From assembly GCA_951406725.2 (NCBI GenBank), contig OX597823.1:49042001-49106000 (forward strand): a DNA stretch of 64,000 nt, written 5' to 3'. Numbering within the stretch: the first letter of the stretch is position 1; each line of letters begins with the position of its first letter. The translations under genes and the position numbers were made by a program. Origin of the DNA: Octopus vulgaris (Eukaryota). The notes under the pieces are model-generated. The model was given only the letters and a program-made list of their open reading frames with translations, was not told where the DNA came from and did not search any database. Shown one piece after another: positions 1 to 13,637 of this stretch.

Positions 1-125
1 CTATATATATATATGCATATATATACATATATATACATGTAAATATATTTATATATACACATGTATATCTATATATATACATACATACATGTATATATAT
101 ATACATACATATATATATACGCACA

Positions 126-176
<51 letters not shown>

Positions 177-294
177 TATACACATGTATATATATACATA
201 TATATATGTATGTATACATATATATATGCATATATATATATATATAAATATATATGTACATATACATATATATATGTATGTATATATATATATA

Positions 295-327
<33 letters not shown>

Positions 328-355
328 GTATGTATACATACATTATATACATATA
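1..355. repeat. (TA)n/(TACA)n/(TG)n compound microsatellite
   Basis: Direct reading; source of the YI/IY-repeat pseudo-ORFs. Similar tracts at ~635-880, 4396-4800, 8330-8745, 21400-21540, 23190-23465, 28060-28545, 29075-29160, 31275-31358, 42960-43075, 52740-53085, 56100-56570, 57345-57500. Confidence 0.97.
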
Positions 356-497
356 TAGGCGAAAAGAAAATGGAGGAGAAATAAGAAACAGAAGTGTGTC
401 TTTCAAGTTAGTAAGCCATTAATTAAATAATGGCTTGCTGGTGCAAAAGACACACTTCTGTTTGTTATTTGTCCTCCATTTTCTTCTTGCCTGTATA
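351..497. repeat. Imperfect ~147-bp palindrome followed by a unique tail (to ~630), embedded in (TA)n
   Basis: tataggcgaaaagaaaatggaggagaaataagaaacagaagtgtgtc...gtaagccatt is the reverse complement of aatggcttgc...gacacacttctgtttgttatttgtcctccattttcttcttgcctgtata. Confidence 0.85.
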
Positions 498-1018
498 AAT
501 TAAACTATGGTTACCCGCTAAATTACCTGCTGCCTTATACCTTTTACCAAGGAATATACTCACTGAGGTAATTATCAAAAGTGCCTTTGGATATATCTAT
601 CCTAAAGAGACTTTAAACAACTCTAACTTATACCTATGTACATATATATGTATATCATATATATGCATATATGCATATACATATATACGTATATATAGGT
701 ACATATATATATGCATATATATAGATATATATACATATACATGTATATATATACATCTATCTATATATACATATACATATATACATATACCTCTATAAAT
801 GTATATCTATATATACATATATACACATACATATATACACATACATATATACACATACATATATACACATACATATACACTCTTTTACTGTTTTACTCAT
901 TTCAGCCATGTAGCTGTGGTCATGCTAGAGCACCACCGTGTTCTTTCTGACTTACTCAGTCTGGGTGTTTGACATGACCACTCTTGTATGTGCCTTTTTT
1001 ACATTGATGAAAGACAGT

Positions 1019-1165
<147 letters not shown>

Positions 1166-1296
1166 CATATCCATGTTATGCATATTTTTGTCATCAGCTT
1201 GCTTTAAGTGATAGACATGTAGGTGACCATAAGTCTAAAAGATGGTTTTCAGCAAATGTAAAGAATTTACTCAGAATAAACTAAAGAAAATGAATA

Positions 1297-1910
1297 GGTG
1301 CAGGCATGGCTGTGTGGTAAGAAATTTGCTTTTCAACCACATGGTTCTGGGTTCAGTTCCATTGTTTGACACCTTGGGCAAGTGTCTTCTATTATAGCTT
1401 CAGGCTGACCAAAGCCTTGTGAGTGGAGTTGGTAGACAGAAACTGAAAGCAGCCCGTATGTCATCATCGTCATCATCATCGTTTTACATCTGCCTTCCAT
1501 GCTGGCATGAGTTGGACGGTCTGACAGGAGCACCAGACTTTTGCATTTATTTTGGTGGAATTTTTAAGGCTGGATGTCTTTCCTAACATCAACCACTCTG
1601 CAGAGTGGACTTGTACATATATTTATATATATATATATGTGTACATATATGTGTGGGGTGGGGTGTATGTGCGTGTAGGTGTGTGTGTGTGTCTCTGTCT
1701 GTATTTGTCCACCCCCACCCCCCACCATTTGACAACTAGCGTTTACATCCTTGTAAGTTAGCAGTTTGTCAAAAGGGATGGATAAACTAAGTATCAGGCT
1801 TAAAAAGATATAAATACTGGAGTTTATTCATTGTATTAAAGTTCTTGACAGTGGTGCTCCAGCATGGTCGCAGTCTAATGACTGAAACAAGTAAAAAGAT
1901 AAGAGATAAA
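1297..1910 (+). mobile_element. tRNA-derived SINE family A copy with a nested family E fragment (~1460-1610)
   Basis: Head ggtgcaggcatggctgtgtggtaag...ggttctgggttcagt (A/B-box-like) and tail ggtgctccagcatggtcgcagtctaatgactgaaacaagtaaaa match the copy at 27002-27415. Confidence 0.85.
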
Positions 1911-2149
1911 AGGAACAAGTGCTGAGCAACATACAACATAATCCTAACTAAAATATTTTTTTCCTTAATGTTAGATTTACAAATATTCTCATAGACTTTC
2001 TAAGGTGCCACACAGTGGGACTGAATCCAGAACCATATGGTTGGGAAGCAAATGTCTTACCGCACAGAAATTTTCAGTTAGTTTGAATAATCAAGTCCAA
2101 ATGGACTATGATATCTTTATTTTCTACTACATTGGCAGGCTTATGTCCC

Positions 2150-2940
2150 ACCAGTTCTTATATAAGAGTCCAAACTGACTGCATGATCCTGTGCAAATAC
2201 TTACCAAGACTATCTTGGTGATTAGTATATTCAGTTGAAGTTAACAGAGCAGCTTGAGACGAGATGGTGAGTTGTTTTTCTGGTTGTATCCCGAAAGTGA
2301 CAGGAAAGATTAGCATCATTTTTAAGAAGAATGGCTTGGTAATTTCTTATAGGCAGACACTGATCCCGAGCTACAATAATGAAGCCCACTGTTTCAGATT
2401 TAAGTTTAGATGCAGACAGCTACTGGTGGGTCATATTTTTATCAACATCAGGATTGCTAGCCTTTGTAGGATATTTACCATATAATACCTTATATTTCCA
2501 TCTACTATGTAGCTCTGCAATTCCATTTGATTTGGCTTGTGATTTCATTCTTTTTCCTTTCATGGTGGATTCTTCTGTTCCACATAGCTGTGACTCAGTG
2601 TTAGTGATCTTTAGTCCTTTTACACATTTCATTACTTCTTCTGATGCTAAGTGTAGTTTCTTGGTACTTTCATGCTTGCAGACAAGTTCAAGCATTCAAT
2701 CATCAGCATTCTTTTGATAGGTTTCTAAATCTATGGTTGTAACTGTGTCAGTTCTTCATCCTTTCATAAAATGTATATATAGCTTGTCTACATCTGTCTT
2801 CAGGTAACACTTGCAGTGCATCATGAGAAACTTATGTATTTTTGTATAAATTTTGCTAATCTCGCTGATAGACCATTTTACGATAGCATTCTCTCCACAT
2901 TTTCTCATGCATTTGTGGAGCTGGAAGCCATCCCCTCACA
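2150..2940 (-). mobile_element. Degenerate non-LTR retrotransposon fragment (R4/Dong-like, region C-terminal to RT)
   Basis: ORF 2420-2695(-) contains HSRWKYKVLYGKYP, resembling the W..K.LHG.Y motif before the zinc finger of RLE-type LINEs; multiple stops; boundaries approximate. Confidence 0.5.
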
Positions 2941-4514
2941 CACACTTAAATATTTGTAGTTTTCTTCAGGATCTAATTCCTTGGTTATGGTTATGTTGCC
3001 TTGTTGAATTTTGTAGGTTTTCAAGAGTTTACTTTTAAAGAGTGTGACTAAAGCATATTTCTTGAGGCCAAACCAAACTTCATCTCAATATTGCCAGTAT
3101 ATTGTGCTACTATAGTCAAAAACTGTTCTAATAATTGATAACTTTTTGCAGACAACTCCTATAAAGATGATTGATTAATAGTTGATATCTTCTGTAATCA
3201 TGTCTGGTGTCATTTAACATCTAGATACAAAAATGAGAGCCATTAAAAAGAAAAGTGATGAAAGAGAATCATCTTGCAAAATGTCCCCAGCATTCACAGT
3301 ACATGCCTCTGAATTTAGTATATGAGTTGTCTTCCAGATTGCGGATTATCTCTGCATCTAGTTTTATATGGTATATTATATTGAATACAACAATTGCAAC
3401 AGAATCTATATCAATATTACTGTTTGTCTACAACACATTCCCAGCAAAGAACAGCTCTCTATATATAAATGGTTAGTAGTTTAAAAAACATTTGGACAAA
3501 TGCCTTAACAGAAATGTCATGGTATGATCAAAGTTGTTGACAGAAATGTTGGTAACCTAAAAATTAAAGAGGCAAACTTCATAAAAAACAAATCAATAAA
3601 GAAAACTATCAGACATCAGGCTTGTTAGTTTCTTACTAAGAGCACTTTTTCCCATGATATTCTGAGGCCAAAACAGTGAAATTTCTTTGATTCTTTTATT
3701 AGTATTGCTTTGACTTTTGAACACTAATATACCTTCTTAATGATTAATCTGTCTCTTTTTTGTTTTTACATATTGTTACATAACAGAAAATGGACTGATT
3801 TACATGTGGGTTGGTGTGGAGATACATAGGCATTATTTTTCTTTGATCACATCTAGTATATATATTTATCCAGCTTACATTATCCATTAATCAGGTTTCT
3901 TTCATGAATGAACAAGTACTTCTAATGCATAACCATTATCAAATTCACATTATACATTGGATGGATCAGAATCATTTTTCTCCCCTTTTCCATAAAACCC
4001 AAACTTCTAAAATAGTGATACTGCAACAAAACACCTCATATATTCTGTCAGATAAAGAAAAATATCAGGAATTTCTGAGGTTATATAAAGTATCAGAAAT
4101 TGATAAAAAAATATGTAAGAAACCATTCAGCAAATGATTTAATAAATTCTGCTTTTGAAAACGTATAAAACTTAGTGTATGACCCCTAACTTGAAGAAAG
4201 AGCATAGATTTGTTAACCTGATGATCACGATCTTAATTCCAGCTGATATATCATCATCTCTATGCAGCCAAGGTTATTTACTTTTTATGTTAAAAAATGA
4301 AAGCAACACAAAAAGGTCTTGAAAAATTTGGCTGTCTCTGAAATATTTGCATGAACTCGATAATAAACCAGTCATAAAAATTATACTGCACACTATGTAT
4401 GTATGTATGTATGTATGTATGTATGTATGTATGTATGTATGTATGTATGTGTGTGTCTGTATGTGTGTGTGTGTATGTATGTATGTATGTATGTATGTAT
4501 GTATGTATGTATGC

Positions 4515-4628
4515 ATATCATTATTCATTTTTATTTAAAGATTTCTTGCCAATAGAGAAAGAGCCAGTTTCTAATCTAGATCTAAGGCTCCTTCATTGGA
4601 ATTTTAACATCAACAACAAGGCATTTAT
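4515..4628 (-). mobile_element. 3' UTR tip of the R4/Dong-like LINE, inserted in (TATG)n
   Basis: Near-identical to 49570-49680 (gatttcttgccaatagagaaag...ggctccttcattggaattt.aacatcaacaac). Confidence 0.8.
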
Positions 4629-5356
4629 GTATGTATGTATGTATGTATATATGTATGTATGTGTATATATGTGTGTGCATGTAAGTATGCATGTATATAT
4701 ATATATATAAACACATATATATATATGTGAGTGTGTGTATATATGTGTGCGTAAGTGTATATGTATATATGTATATTTAATTATACACACACATGTGTGT
4801 AGGAAAGTATATGCATATGTATACCATGACCACTTGTGTAACTGAAAATAAGTTTACCAACTAGGGGTTTCTGAAGTACAAGGAATCGATCAGGACAGAC
4901 TGAGAGTGGGGAGAAGGAGAGTAAACATAAAAAGGTCAGTGTCATAAATACATTAAAAACTGAATTTATAAATTCACTTTTATATTGTCCTGTTCAAAGT
5001 TCAATGTGCTTGTAGGGGAATAGTGAACATAACTGAATGGTGTGTAACTAGAAGTAAAGAGAAGGTGGCAAAGTTCAGTGTGTATATATGTGAATTGGGA
5101 ATATTAAAATATGGCATACGACTAGAGCTCCATAGTTACAGATGAAAATATTCAGTCTCTGTGCACATGTGGAAATGGTAAATACAATTGTAAAGAGGCC
5201 AATGTACAAAAATTACTGGATTCATATTTTCATGAATGGGCTAACATATCCTATGAAGTAATTTAAAAGGAAAAGTAAGAAAGAAAATTACATTCAGTTA
5301 CATTCTTCTTCTTCTTATTATTATTATTATTATTTTTATCATTATTATTATTATCA

Positions 5357-5411
<55 letters not shown>

Positions 5412-5436
5412 TATCATTATTATTATTACTATTATT

Positions 5437-5645
5437 AAGGTGGCGAGCTGGCTGAATCGTTACCACATCTGGGAAAATTCTTAGTGGCATTTCGTCTGGC
5501 TTTTCGTTCTGAGCTCACGTTCTGCCAAGGTTGGCTTTGCCTTTCATCCTATCTGGATTGATAAAATAAGTACCAGTTGAGTACTGGGGTCAATTTAATC
5601 GACTTATCCCCTCCCAAAAATTGCTGACATTGTGCCAAAATTTGA
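5437..5645 (+). mobile_element. tRNA-derived SINE family B (Nin/Deu-like central domain)
   Basis: aaggtggcgagctggc...gcctttcatcct...gataaaataagtaccag. Further copies at ~6084-6300(+), 34750-34970(+), 35000-35185(-), 39250-39410(+), 52490-52692(-), 53500-53706(-), 58404-58635(+), 61793-62010(+). Confidence 0.8.
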
Positions 5646-5662
5646 TATCGTTGTTGTTGTTG

Positions 5663-5694
<32 letters not shown>

Positions 5695-6659
5695 GTTGCT
5701 ATTATTATGTTGGGCAAAATGCTTAGCAGCATTTTATCTGTCCCTATGTTCAAATATCTCAAGGATCACCAGATGGATTTAGATGAAATTTTCAGGGAAG
5801 TTTGCCCTTATGACTGGCACAAACTGATTAGATTTTGGAATCGACCTGGTACCGGACAAAGATTCTGGATTATATTTGCAGTTTTTTTACTTAATTTTTG
5901 AGAGTGGTAGGGTTCAATCTTGGTATTCTCATTTGTGAAAGCAGTCAAGTTTATTCAAGATATTCTCAGTTTAAAAATCATCTCTGGTTAATCATTGAGA
6001 GGATGTTGGTGTTGCCTTGGTGGAGTTTTGCACTCTCAGAGTGCTCTTATTATTATTATTATTATTATTGTTATTATTATTATTAAGGCGGTGAGCTAGC
6101 AGAATTGTTAGTATGCCAAGTAAAATACTTTGCATAATTTCGTCCACCTTCAGGCTCTGAGTTCAAATTCCGCTAAGGTAGAGTTAGCCTTTCATCTTTC
6201 CTGGATCGATGAATTAAGTACCAGTGAAACACTGAGGTTGATGTTATAGATTGGTCCCCTCCTCTCAATTTTCAGGCCTTGTGCCTTTAGTAGAAAGGAT
6301 TATTATTATTATTATTATTATTGAGTGAAAGAGTAGTGCTTGCCATCAAAGTGACACTTGGGTAAAATGTACGAAGCCCAGTATAACCATCATTACTAAC
6401 CATCTGATAAGGTACACCAAGCACATGCATCACAACCATATGTGTGCGACATAGTGATCTCTTATCCAAGATAAACAGCACATGACCTTGCAGGTTGGGC
6501 CCAGTTTTTTTCGGGTCGAGTAGCCCATCCTGCTAAAAAGGTCCTTGAATAAGGGTTGTTTAAGAATGTTGAACAAGGATTTTTTATAGGCGTAGGAGTT
6601 GCTTACCAACCACATAGTTCTGGGTTCAGTCCCACTGCATGGCACCTTAGGCAAGATTT

Positions 6660-7000
6660 GTTTTTTCAAGAAGTCTTTGAATTCATTGGATCTAATCTGG
6701 CATATTTTTGGACTGACTACTATTGCATAAATACAGCTTCTCATACTGTACGGGATGTTCCCTTTGATGTGTCAAGGATGGCATGAGTAGAAATTTAAAT
6801 ATTGGTGTGAGTCTGGAGTGAATGTCTAAGAAAGGTAAATCATTATCACTGGCTTCTTACGGATGGATGGAGGGTATTCAGTATGTTATTGAATATTTGT
6901 AGTACATCATTTGATTTCTCAAGAAAAAATAAATCAGTCATTGAGGAAGCATTTCCATTTTTCAATAACATTTTTCTTGAAATTTTGGTGAAACATTTTC
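6660..7000 (-). mobile_element. Penelope-like element RT C-terminal fragment (pseudogenised)
   Basis: Minus strand reads LPFLDI...(frameshift/deletion)...DSHQYLNFYSCHP*HIKGNIPYSMRSCIYAIV, matching the PLE motif LPFLD...T..YL.F.S.HP...K..IPYS. Confidence 0.7.
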
Positions 7001-7589
7001 TCTTACTCCCATGTAAAGTTTTTCTTTTAAAAGATCCATCACTATGTTAGCATATGAGGGAGAAAATGTTTCCCCATGGCTATGCCCTTTATTTGTTGCT
7101 ATGTTTTACTATCAAAGTTAAAAGTATTCTCATTACCAGGCATGTGGCCTTGGTAAAGAAATCTGTGGCAATAAGCATACATACATTTATACATGCATAC
7201 ATACGGACAGACAGACAGATACACAGGCATACAGACAGACAGATACATAGGCAGACAGACAGACAGATACATAGGCAGACAGACAGATACATAGGCAGAC
7301 AGACAGACAGACAGATAGATAGAGGAAAGATGAAAAGAAGAGGAAAATGTATTGGAAGTCGATTAGTGGCTGGAATGATATGATACTTAATTTCATTAGA
7401 ATAAAATTATTAATCAATTTTTTTTAATGGAAATGAGTATCATTTATGAAGCTGTGAGATTGAGGCAATGTCACACATGAATAGAAGTCATTTTTTCTTT
7501 ATGTTTACAGGAACTATGGGGGACACTGAATGTTTTTAGAAATTGCGTTCATTTAGAGAGGATTAATTGTTTTAGATTTATGCAAGTGA

Positions 7590-7990
7590 GACATGGGCTA
7601 CTATGGAGAGGACAGAACATTAATAGGCTATGACACCAAAGGACCATGAAATGACCCATGCTAGGAATATTATTATGAGAAAATATTTGAAATGAAATAA
7701 TTTGAGAACGGAGTGGAGTGAACAAAATGATCACAGAATACCAAAAGCACAAGTGCCACTGGTCTGGAGATGTCACAAAATTTACTGACAATAGGTGAAC
7801 CTGTGCAGTCACCTAGGGGTAACCAAGACAACAGAAAAAGCAAACCATTTGGAGGGCCTCCAAAATGATGGGAAGATGATTTAGCTAAGCAATTTGGATC
7901 AAGATGAAAAAGAATGGCACAAGTGAGACGGAATTCGAAGCACATTGTGAGCAGCAGTGTATAACAGCATCTGATGGTCTGATTGATGCT
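7590..7990 (+). mobile_element. RTE-clade LINE 3' fragment (pseudogenised)
   Basis: Translates to NEII*ERSGVNKMITEYQKHKCHWSGDVTKFTDNR*TCAVT...PFGGPPK*WEDD, the typical RTE C-terminus (KW.WAGHV.R..DNRW...GRP..RW.DD). Confidence 0.7.
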
Positions 7991-8354
7991 GTGATATTGT
8001 GAAGAGAGGATTAATGGAGAGGTCAGAAAAGGAGAAATATACAAAGAATCTTCTGTGAGTGTAGGGGAGAATGTTATGAAGACATTTGGCCAAAACAGTT
8101 ACCTAAATGATTATTCTCTCCTAACCCTTGCTCTACAACTTTTCTTCATGCAGGCCTCCTGACTTATATTCAGATTTTGTTTTGTGTGTGTATGTGTGTG
8201 CGTATTTGCTTGTGTGTGAGAGAGAAAGAGAGGGGGTGTGTTTTATTTACATTTTATGTGTATCCATTTATCCATCCATACATTTATCATCATAATCAGC
8301 AACAACATCATTATCATATGTTCCTTTTACCATATATGTGTATATATATATATA

Positions 8355-8427
<73 letters not shown>

Positions 8428-8483
8428 ATATATATATACATATATATAAAGATATATATATATACATATATATATGCATGCAT

Positions 8484-8514
<31 letters not shown>

Positions 8515-8642
8515 TATATATATACATATATGTGCATATACAATATACATATGCATGCATAAATGCACATATATCTACATATATATGTATATATATATAT
8601 ATACACTTATATATATATGTACACATATATATATATTTATAT

Positions 8643-8679
<37 letters not shown>

Positions 8680-10693
8680 TGTATGTATGTATGTATGTTT
8701 GTATGTATGTGTGCATACATGCATACATACCTACACGCACACACAGTTGTTTACAACTTATTAACAGTGGCTTATGATCTTCACTAGTTTTGAACTGATG
8801 ACATTCCTGTACAAGAAATGAAAGTGCAAGACTGATTGCTGAACACACACACACACACACTTCACACATTGTCTCTTTTTTTGTTTCTCTCTCTCTTTCT
8901 CTACCCATAATTTAACTAGACATTTTTATACAAAATTACTTTACAAAGACGTTAAAGATTGTTCCACATTAAACAATTGAAAGAGTTCTTCAGAAATGTT
9001 AACCTTGAATGAAAAAGAGGATATCATCAACCTCTATATATATGTCAAATATTGGGGAAAAAATATATATATATAAAAACAAACATCTGAAAGAATGGAT
9101 AAAAAGAATACTGTATCCTTCTTGAATGAATTATATAATTGACTTGAAGACTTTGATCTTTTCTTTTTGGTTGAGACTAACATTGCAGAATTTTAATCTT
9201 GAGTAAAAGAAAGAAGAAAAATAACCTTTGTTTCGTCTTGTTTGCAAAACAAAAACAAAATTAGATATTAGCAGTCAATTTTAAACTATCTTTAAAAGAA
9301 AGTTTTGTTTTCTTTTTTTACAGACTATTTTAAAAGAAATAGTTATGAAAACAACAAAAACTTCAGTAGATGGGAACATAAAACTACATGCAGGAAAATG
9401 AAGAGGAAAAAAAAATTTGTATGAAATTCTATCTAAAGAACAATTTTGTTTAATGGTCCAGAAACATATTTGATCAAAACCTTTTAAAATGATGAAGCAA
9501 TAATTGTAAAATAACTTTTTTAAAAAATATGGATATGTTAAAAGATAAAGTGATGAACCTTTACAAAATATTGGTATGAAACACCTTTGAAGTGGTCAAT
9601 GAAATATCTTCAAAGAATGAAAGGTTTGTGATATCACCCAAACCATTAGAAAGTTGACTGGCTTCAGCGGAAACTATTAATTGGGGTCTTATTAAATGAG
9701 CTCTGAACTAATTTTTATTTGATAGGTTACGTCCCTCAGTAAAAATGCCCTTTATTTTGAAACCCTTTCTAGTTACTCATAAATGACATTGTAAATTAAA
9801 CAATGCACAAATGTTGTTTTACAGAGAGAAAAAAACATTTTTTTTTAAATTGATAAATTTATAAATTAGCAAATTGTAAAATACTTTTAATATTTTGGAA
9901 TCTTTTTATAGTTCTGTTTTTATGTTTCTGCTGAAGACAATCACAACATATTGAAGTTCTATTTTTCATGTTTCTTTTTTGTTTTCCTTTTTTTTTTCTT
10001 GTAGTTATTGCCATTGTCACATCCACCACTGCTTCTGTCATCACCTCCACCACTGCAATCATCATTATTTTCATTACTTTTCTCCTTTCACCAATTTTAT
10101 GTGACAAGAGAGGAAACCTGTAGAGTAGCAAATGTGACAGAGTAGAAGTGGACTAAATAAATGCGTTATGGGATTTTGTTTCATCTTTCTACATTCCAAG
10201 TTCATACCCTTGCATGATTGACTTTCACCTTCCATTCTTCCAGGTTCAAAAAGTGCCAGACATACACTGCGGTTGATTCAGTCGACTATACTCTCTTCTC
10301 CTGTGAGTTGGCATTCGTGTGAGAAATCAATATATAGCTGTAGTGAGGTCAAAATATGAAGATATTTTTGTTCTTTTACTAACTGTAATAGACTAAAAAC
10401 ATTTCCACTGAATATCTTCAGTCTGCCTCTTTTTATTCTAATATAAGTTGGTTAGTCAATTCCTATAGTAGAGAGAACCAACAAAATGTCATAGACCTGC
10501 TAACCACAAATGTTTTGAAGAGGCTATAAAAATATTCTAGTTTGTAAAGTATGAAGTTAAGTAGCTGATACAATATATAATAATATTTCTGTCTTTTGGT
10601 ACAGTTGCTGAATAGTTAAATATAAAAAAAATGCCATGTTTGAAATGTCACAAATGAAATTTGTCATATAGTTAACCAGTAAATAAATCAGAG

Positions 10694-11310
10694 CAGTGGT
10701 TCTCAACCATTTTTCACCTTTGTACCTCTTTGGTTCTTATTTTACTCAGGTGGACCCTCATAACTATTCAATGTTTAAAAAAAAATCTTATTGAATTTTT
10801 ATAATTGAATAACTCAGGGACTGTTTTTAAAAAATTTGTTAAAATATTTCATGTATTGTAGACATATAAATAACTTATTGCATCTATATACACCTCCACT
10901 TAGTGAAGGCACATGGCTCAGTGGTTAGAGCATCAGGCTTACAATCATGAGGTAGTGAGTTCGATTCCTGAACCAGGCTCTATTGTGTTCTCGAGCAAAA
11001 TGCTTTATTTCATGTTGTTCCAGTTCACTCAGCCGTAGAAATGAGTTGCGACATCACTGGTGCCAAGCTATATCATCCTTTGCATTTCCCTTGGATTACT
11101 TCAGTGGCATGGAGAGGGGACGCAGGTATGCACGCATGGAAAATTGCTGGTCTTCCAAAAACAACTTTGCCTGGACTCGTGCTTCGGAGGGTAACTTTCT
11201 AGGTGCAATCATATTGTCATTTGTGACCAAAGGTGGGAGTCTTTACCCTTTATGGACCTCCACTTATATAGACTTCTAAATGTCATATGGATCTTGGTTG
11301 AGAAACACTA
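10694..11310. mobile_element. hAT-type MITE remnant with a nested family D SINE
   Basis: TIR-like ends cagtggttctcaacc ... ggttgagaaacacta; no clean 8-bp TSD seen. Confidence 0.6.
10906..11250 (+). mobile_element. tRNA-derived SINE family D
   Basis: A box tggctcagtggttag, B box gagttcgattcc; body matches ~34330-34660(-) and 39844-40150(+). Confidence 0.85.
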
Positions 11311-11604
11311 AGAGCTAGTAGACTCTGGGTGATTAAAGATTCAAGGAGTTGTGATTATGTGATTAAGGACTACTGCTCTAGTACTTCAGTAGTTATATGT
11401 GAGTGATGAACGCCTGTAACCAAAAGTGGTTAGGTTGTTTGATTCACAATAGTAAGATCATTAGTTCAATTCCAAACTGAGCAGTAGATTGGATCCTTGA
11501 GCAAGAAGCTTCATTTCAAAGTTTTAGTCCACTTAACTGAAAATGAGTACCAATAGCAGCTGGGAGTTAACGTTGCAAAAAGATGGGCATCTGTACAGGG
11601 TTGT

Positions 11605-11862
11605 GGAGGTGCATGGCTTAGTGGTTAGAGTGTTGGACTCATGATTCTAAGATTGTGGTTTTGATTCCCAGATCAGGCAACACATTGTGTTCTTGAGCAA
11701 AACACTTCATTTCATGTTGCTCCAGTCCACTCAGCTGGCAAAAATGAGTAATCCTGCAACAGACTGACGTCCCATCCAGGTATAGAATATATACACCATG
11801 AAACTGTGAAACTGGCCTGTATGAGTTGGCACGGCTCAAGAAAGTAAATTTACCTTTACCTT
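11605..11862 (+). mobile_element. tRNA-derived SINE family C (V-domain-like body, tttacc tail)
   Basis: ggaggtgcatggcttagtggttagag head, gactgacgtcccatccagg body; copies at 37392-37645(-), 37850-38092(-), partial 16020-16110 and 16997-17087. Confidence 0.8.
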
Positions 11863-13043
11863 TACCATCGAAGATAGAATCTTATACTCTCCGTCACTTA
11901 ATGCCTCAGAAATTCAAATAAACTCAAGTCCAATGAGCCTCCAGGCTTCAGATAGACGGTAAATTTTTTTTTTTTTATGTGAGGTATGTCATGGTTAGGT
12001 GATTAAAGATTTACGATGTTGTAAATGAATGGTTAAATATCGATTTATGAAAGATATATTTACAATTTACCTCACCATTACTTGCTATAGTCATATTTTC
12101 CCCCATCTCTAAACACCTCCCCTCACATTCTCATGGAACACCCCCCTCTACCCCATCTGCACTACTTAAAATGCTGCCATCACTGTTCACTGTGGGTAGC
12201 CTCCAATATATCTCCAACACCATCTATTTCTCTCCCTTCCTGTCCCCCTCTCTCTCTTTTTCTCTCTCTCTGATTGTCTCTCTACCTACCTCTCTAACTC
12301 TCTCCCACCTTCTTTCTATTTCCTTGTTCTGTTGGAGTAGTCAGGGTATTTCCCCTCTAGTGAGACAACTTTCTCTGTCCTTCTGTCATGCTCCCACTTC
12401 TTGCTTGGCTCACAACTACTTTCCTCGGTTCCACCAATTCTCTCAATTAAGTGGTTTTTATTTTGCAAGTGGCTTGGTGGCCCTATTGATGTTGGTGCCA
12501 CGTAAAAAAATCACCTGTACCAGTACCACTTAAAAAGCACGTGTGCCTATGCCATGTAAAAAGCACCCAATACACTCTGTAGAGTGTTTGGTGTTAAGGA
12601 CATCCAACCATAGGAACTCTGCCAAACAGACAATTGGAGCCTGGTGCAGCTCCCTGGCTTACCAGCTCTTGTCAAACCATCCAACCCATGACAGCATAGA
12701 AAATGGGTGTTAAATGCTACTGCTGCTGCTGATGATGATGATGTTACCATTATTTCAATAAAGTGAATATTTGCTTGCTTCATCAAAGAAATAATGCTTT
12801 CAACATAACTTCTTCAAAAATGCTTACTCTTTACTCTTTTCCTTGTTTCAGTCATTTGACTATGGCCATGCTGGAGCACTGCCTTTTAGTCGAGCAAATC
12901 GACCCCAGGACTTGTTCTTTGTAGGCCTAGTACTTATTCTATTATTCTCTTTTGCTGAACCGCTAAGTTACTGGGACGTAAACACACCAGCATCGGTTGT
13001 CAAGCAATGTTGGGGGGACAAACACTGACACACAAACATATAC

Positions 13044-13100
<57 letters not shown>

Positions 13101-13637
13101 CAGGGTGTCCCAAAAAAATGTACACACAGACTGCAACAGTCTGTCATGCCAAGCATTAGAGAGGACTTTGAACAGGAAGAGTTTTATTTCCAGCAAGATT
13201 GGGCACCTCCACACTACCATCGCGATGTTAGATCCTTTCTTGATGGGATCTTGCCAAACAGGTGGATTGAACGGAGAGGTTTTGTTGAATATCCTCCACG
13301 TTCACCAGACCTCACACCACTAGACTTCTTTTTATGGGGATACCTAAAGGACAAAGTCTACGCACAGAAACCTGCAACAGTCGTTCAATTGAGGGCAACC
13401 ATTGAACATGAATGTACGAATATCCCAAGGGAATTGTTCCATGATGTGTACCATTCCATCGCTTCGCGTTGTCAGCAGTGTCTGGAGCAGAACAGACATC
13501 AGTTTAAGAACATGCGATAACAAGACAATAGAATGATATTTGTAAATTATTTTACATGTTGAAAATTATTCGAATTATAATAAACCCCCAAATTTACAAT
13601 TATTTAAGGTGTGTATACATTTTTTTGGGACACCCTG
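13101..13637 (+). mobile_element. Internally deleted Tc1/mariner element of the DD41D (rosa/Visitor) group
   Basis: TIRs cagggtgtcccaaaaaaatgta(c/t)acac, TA flanks; ORF 13146-13520 has FQQD-(41 aa)-D ending SPDLTPLDFFLWGYLKDKVY. Confidence 0.9.
13146..13520 (+). pseudogene. C-terminal part of a DD41D transposase
   Basis: 41 residues counted between the QQD and TPLD aspartates; DNA-binding domain and first catalytic D deleted. Confidence 0.85.

Noticed and set aside
3250-3480. Possible coding exon
   Set aside because: No clear splice pair or recognisable peptide on either strand.
8785-8835. CTGATGA-hairpin-GAAA motif
   Set aside because: No convincing stem I or III and no NUH site; too degenerate to call a hammerhead.
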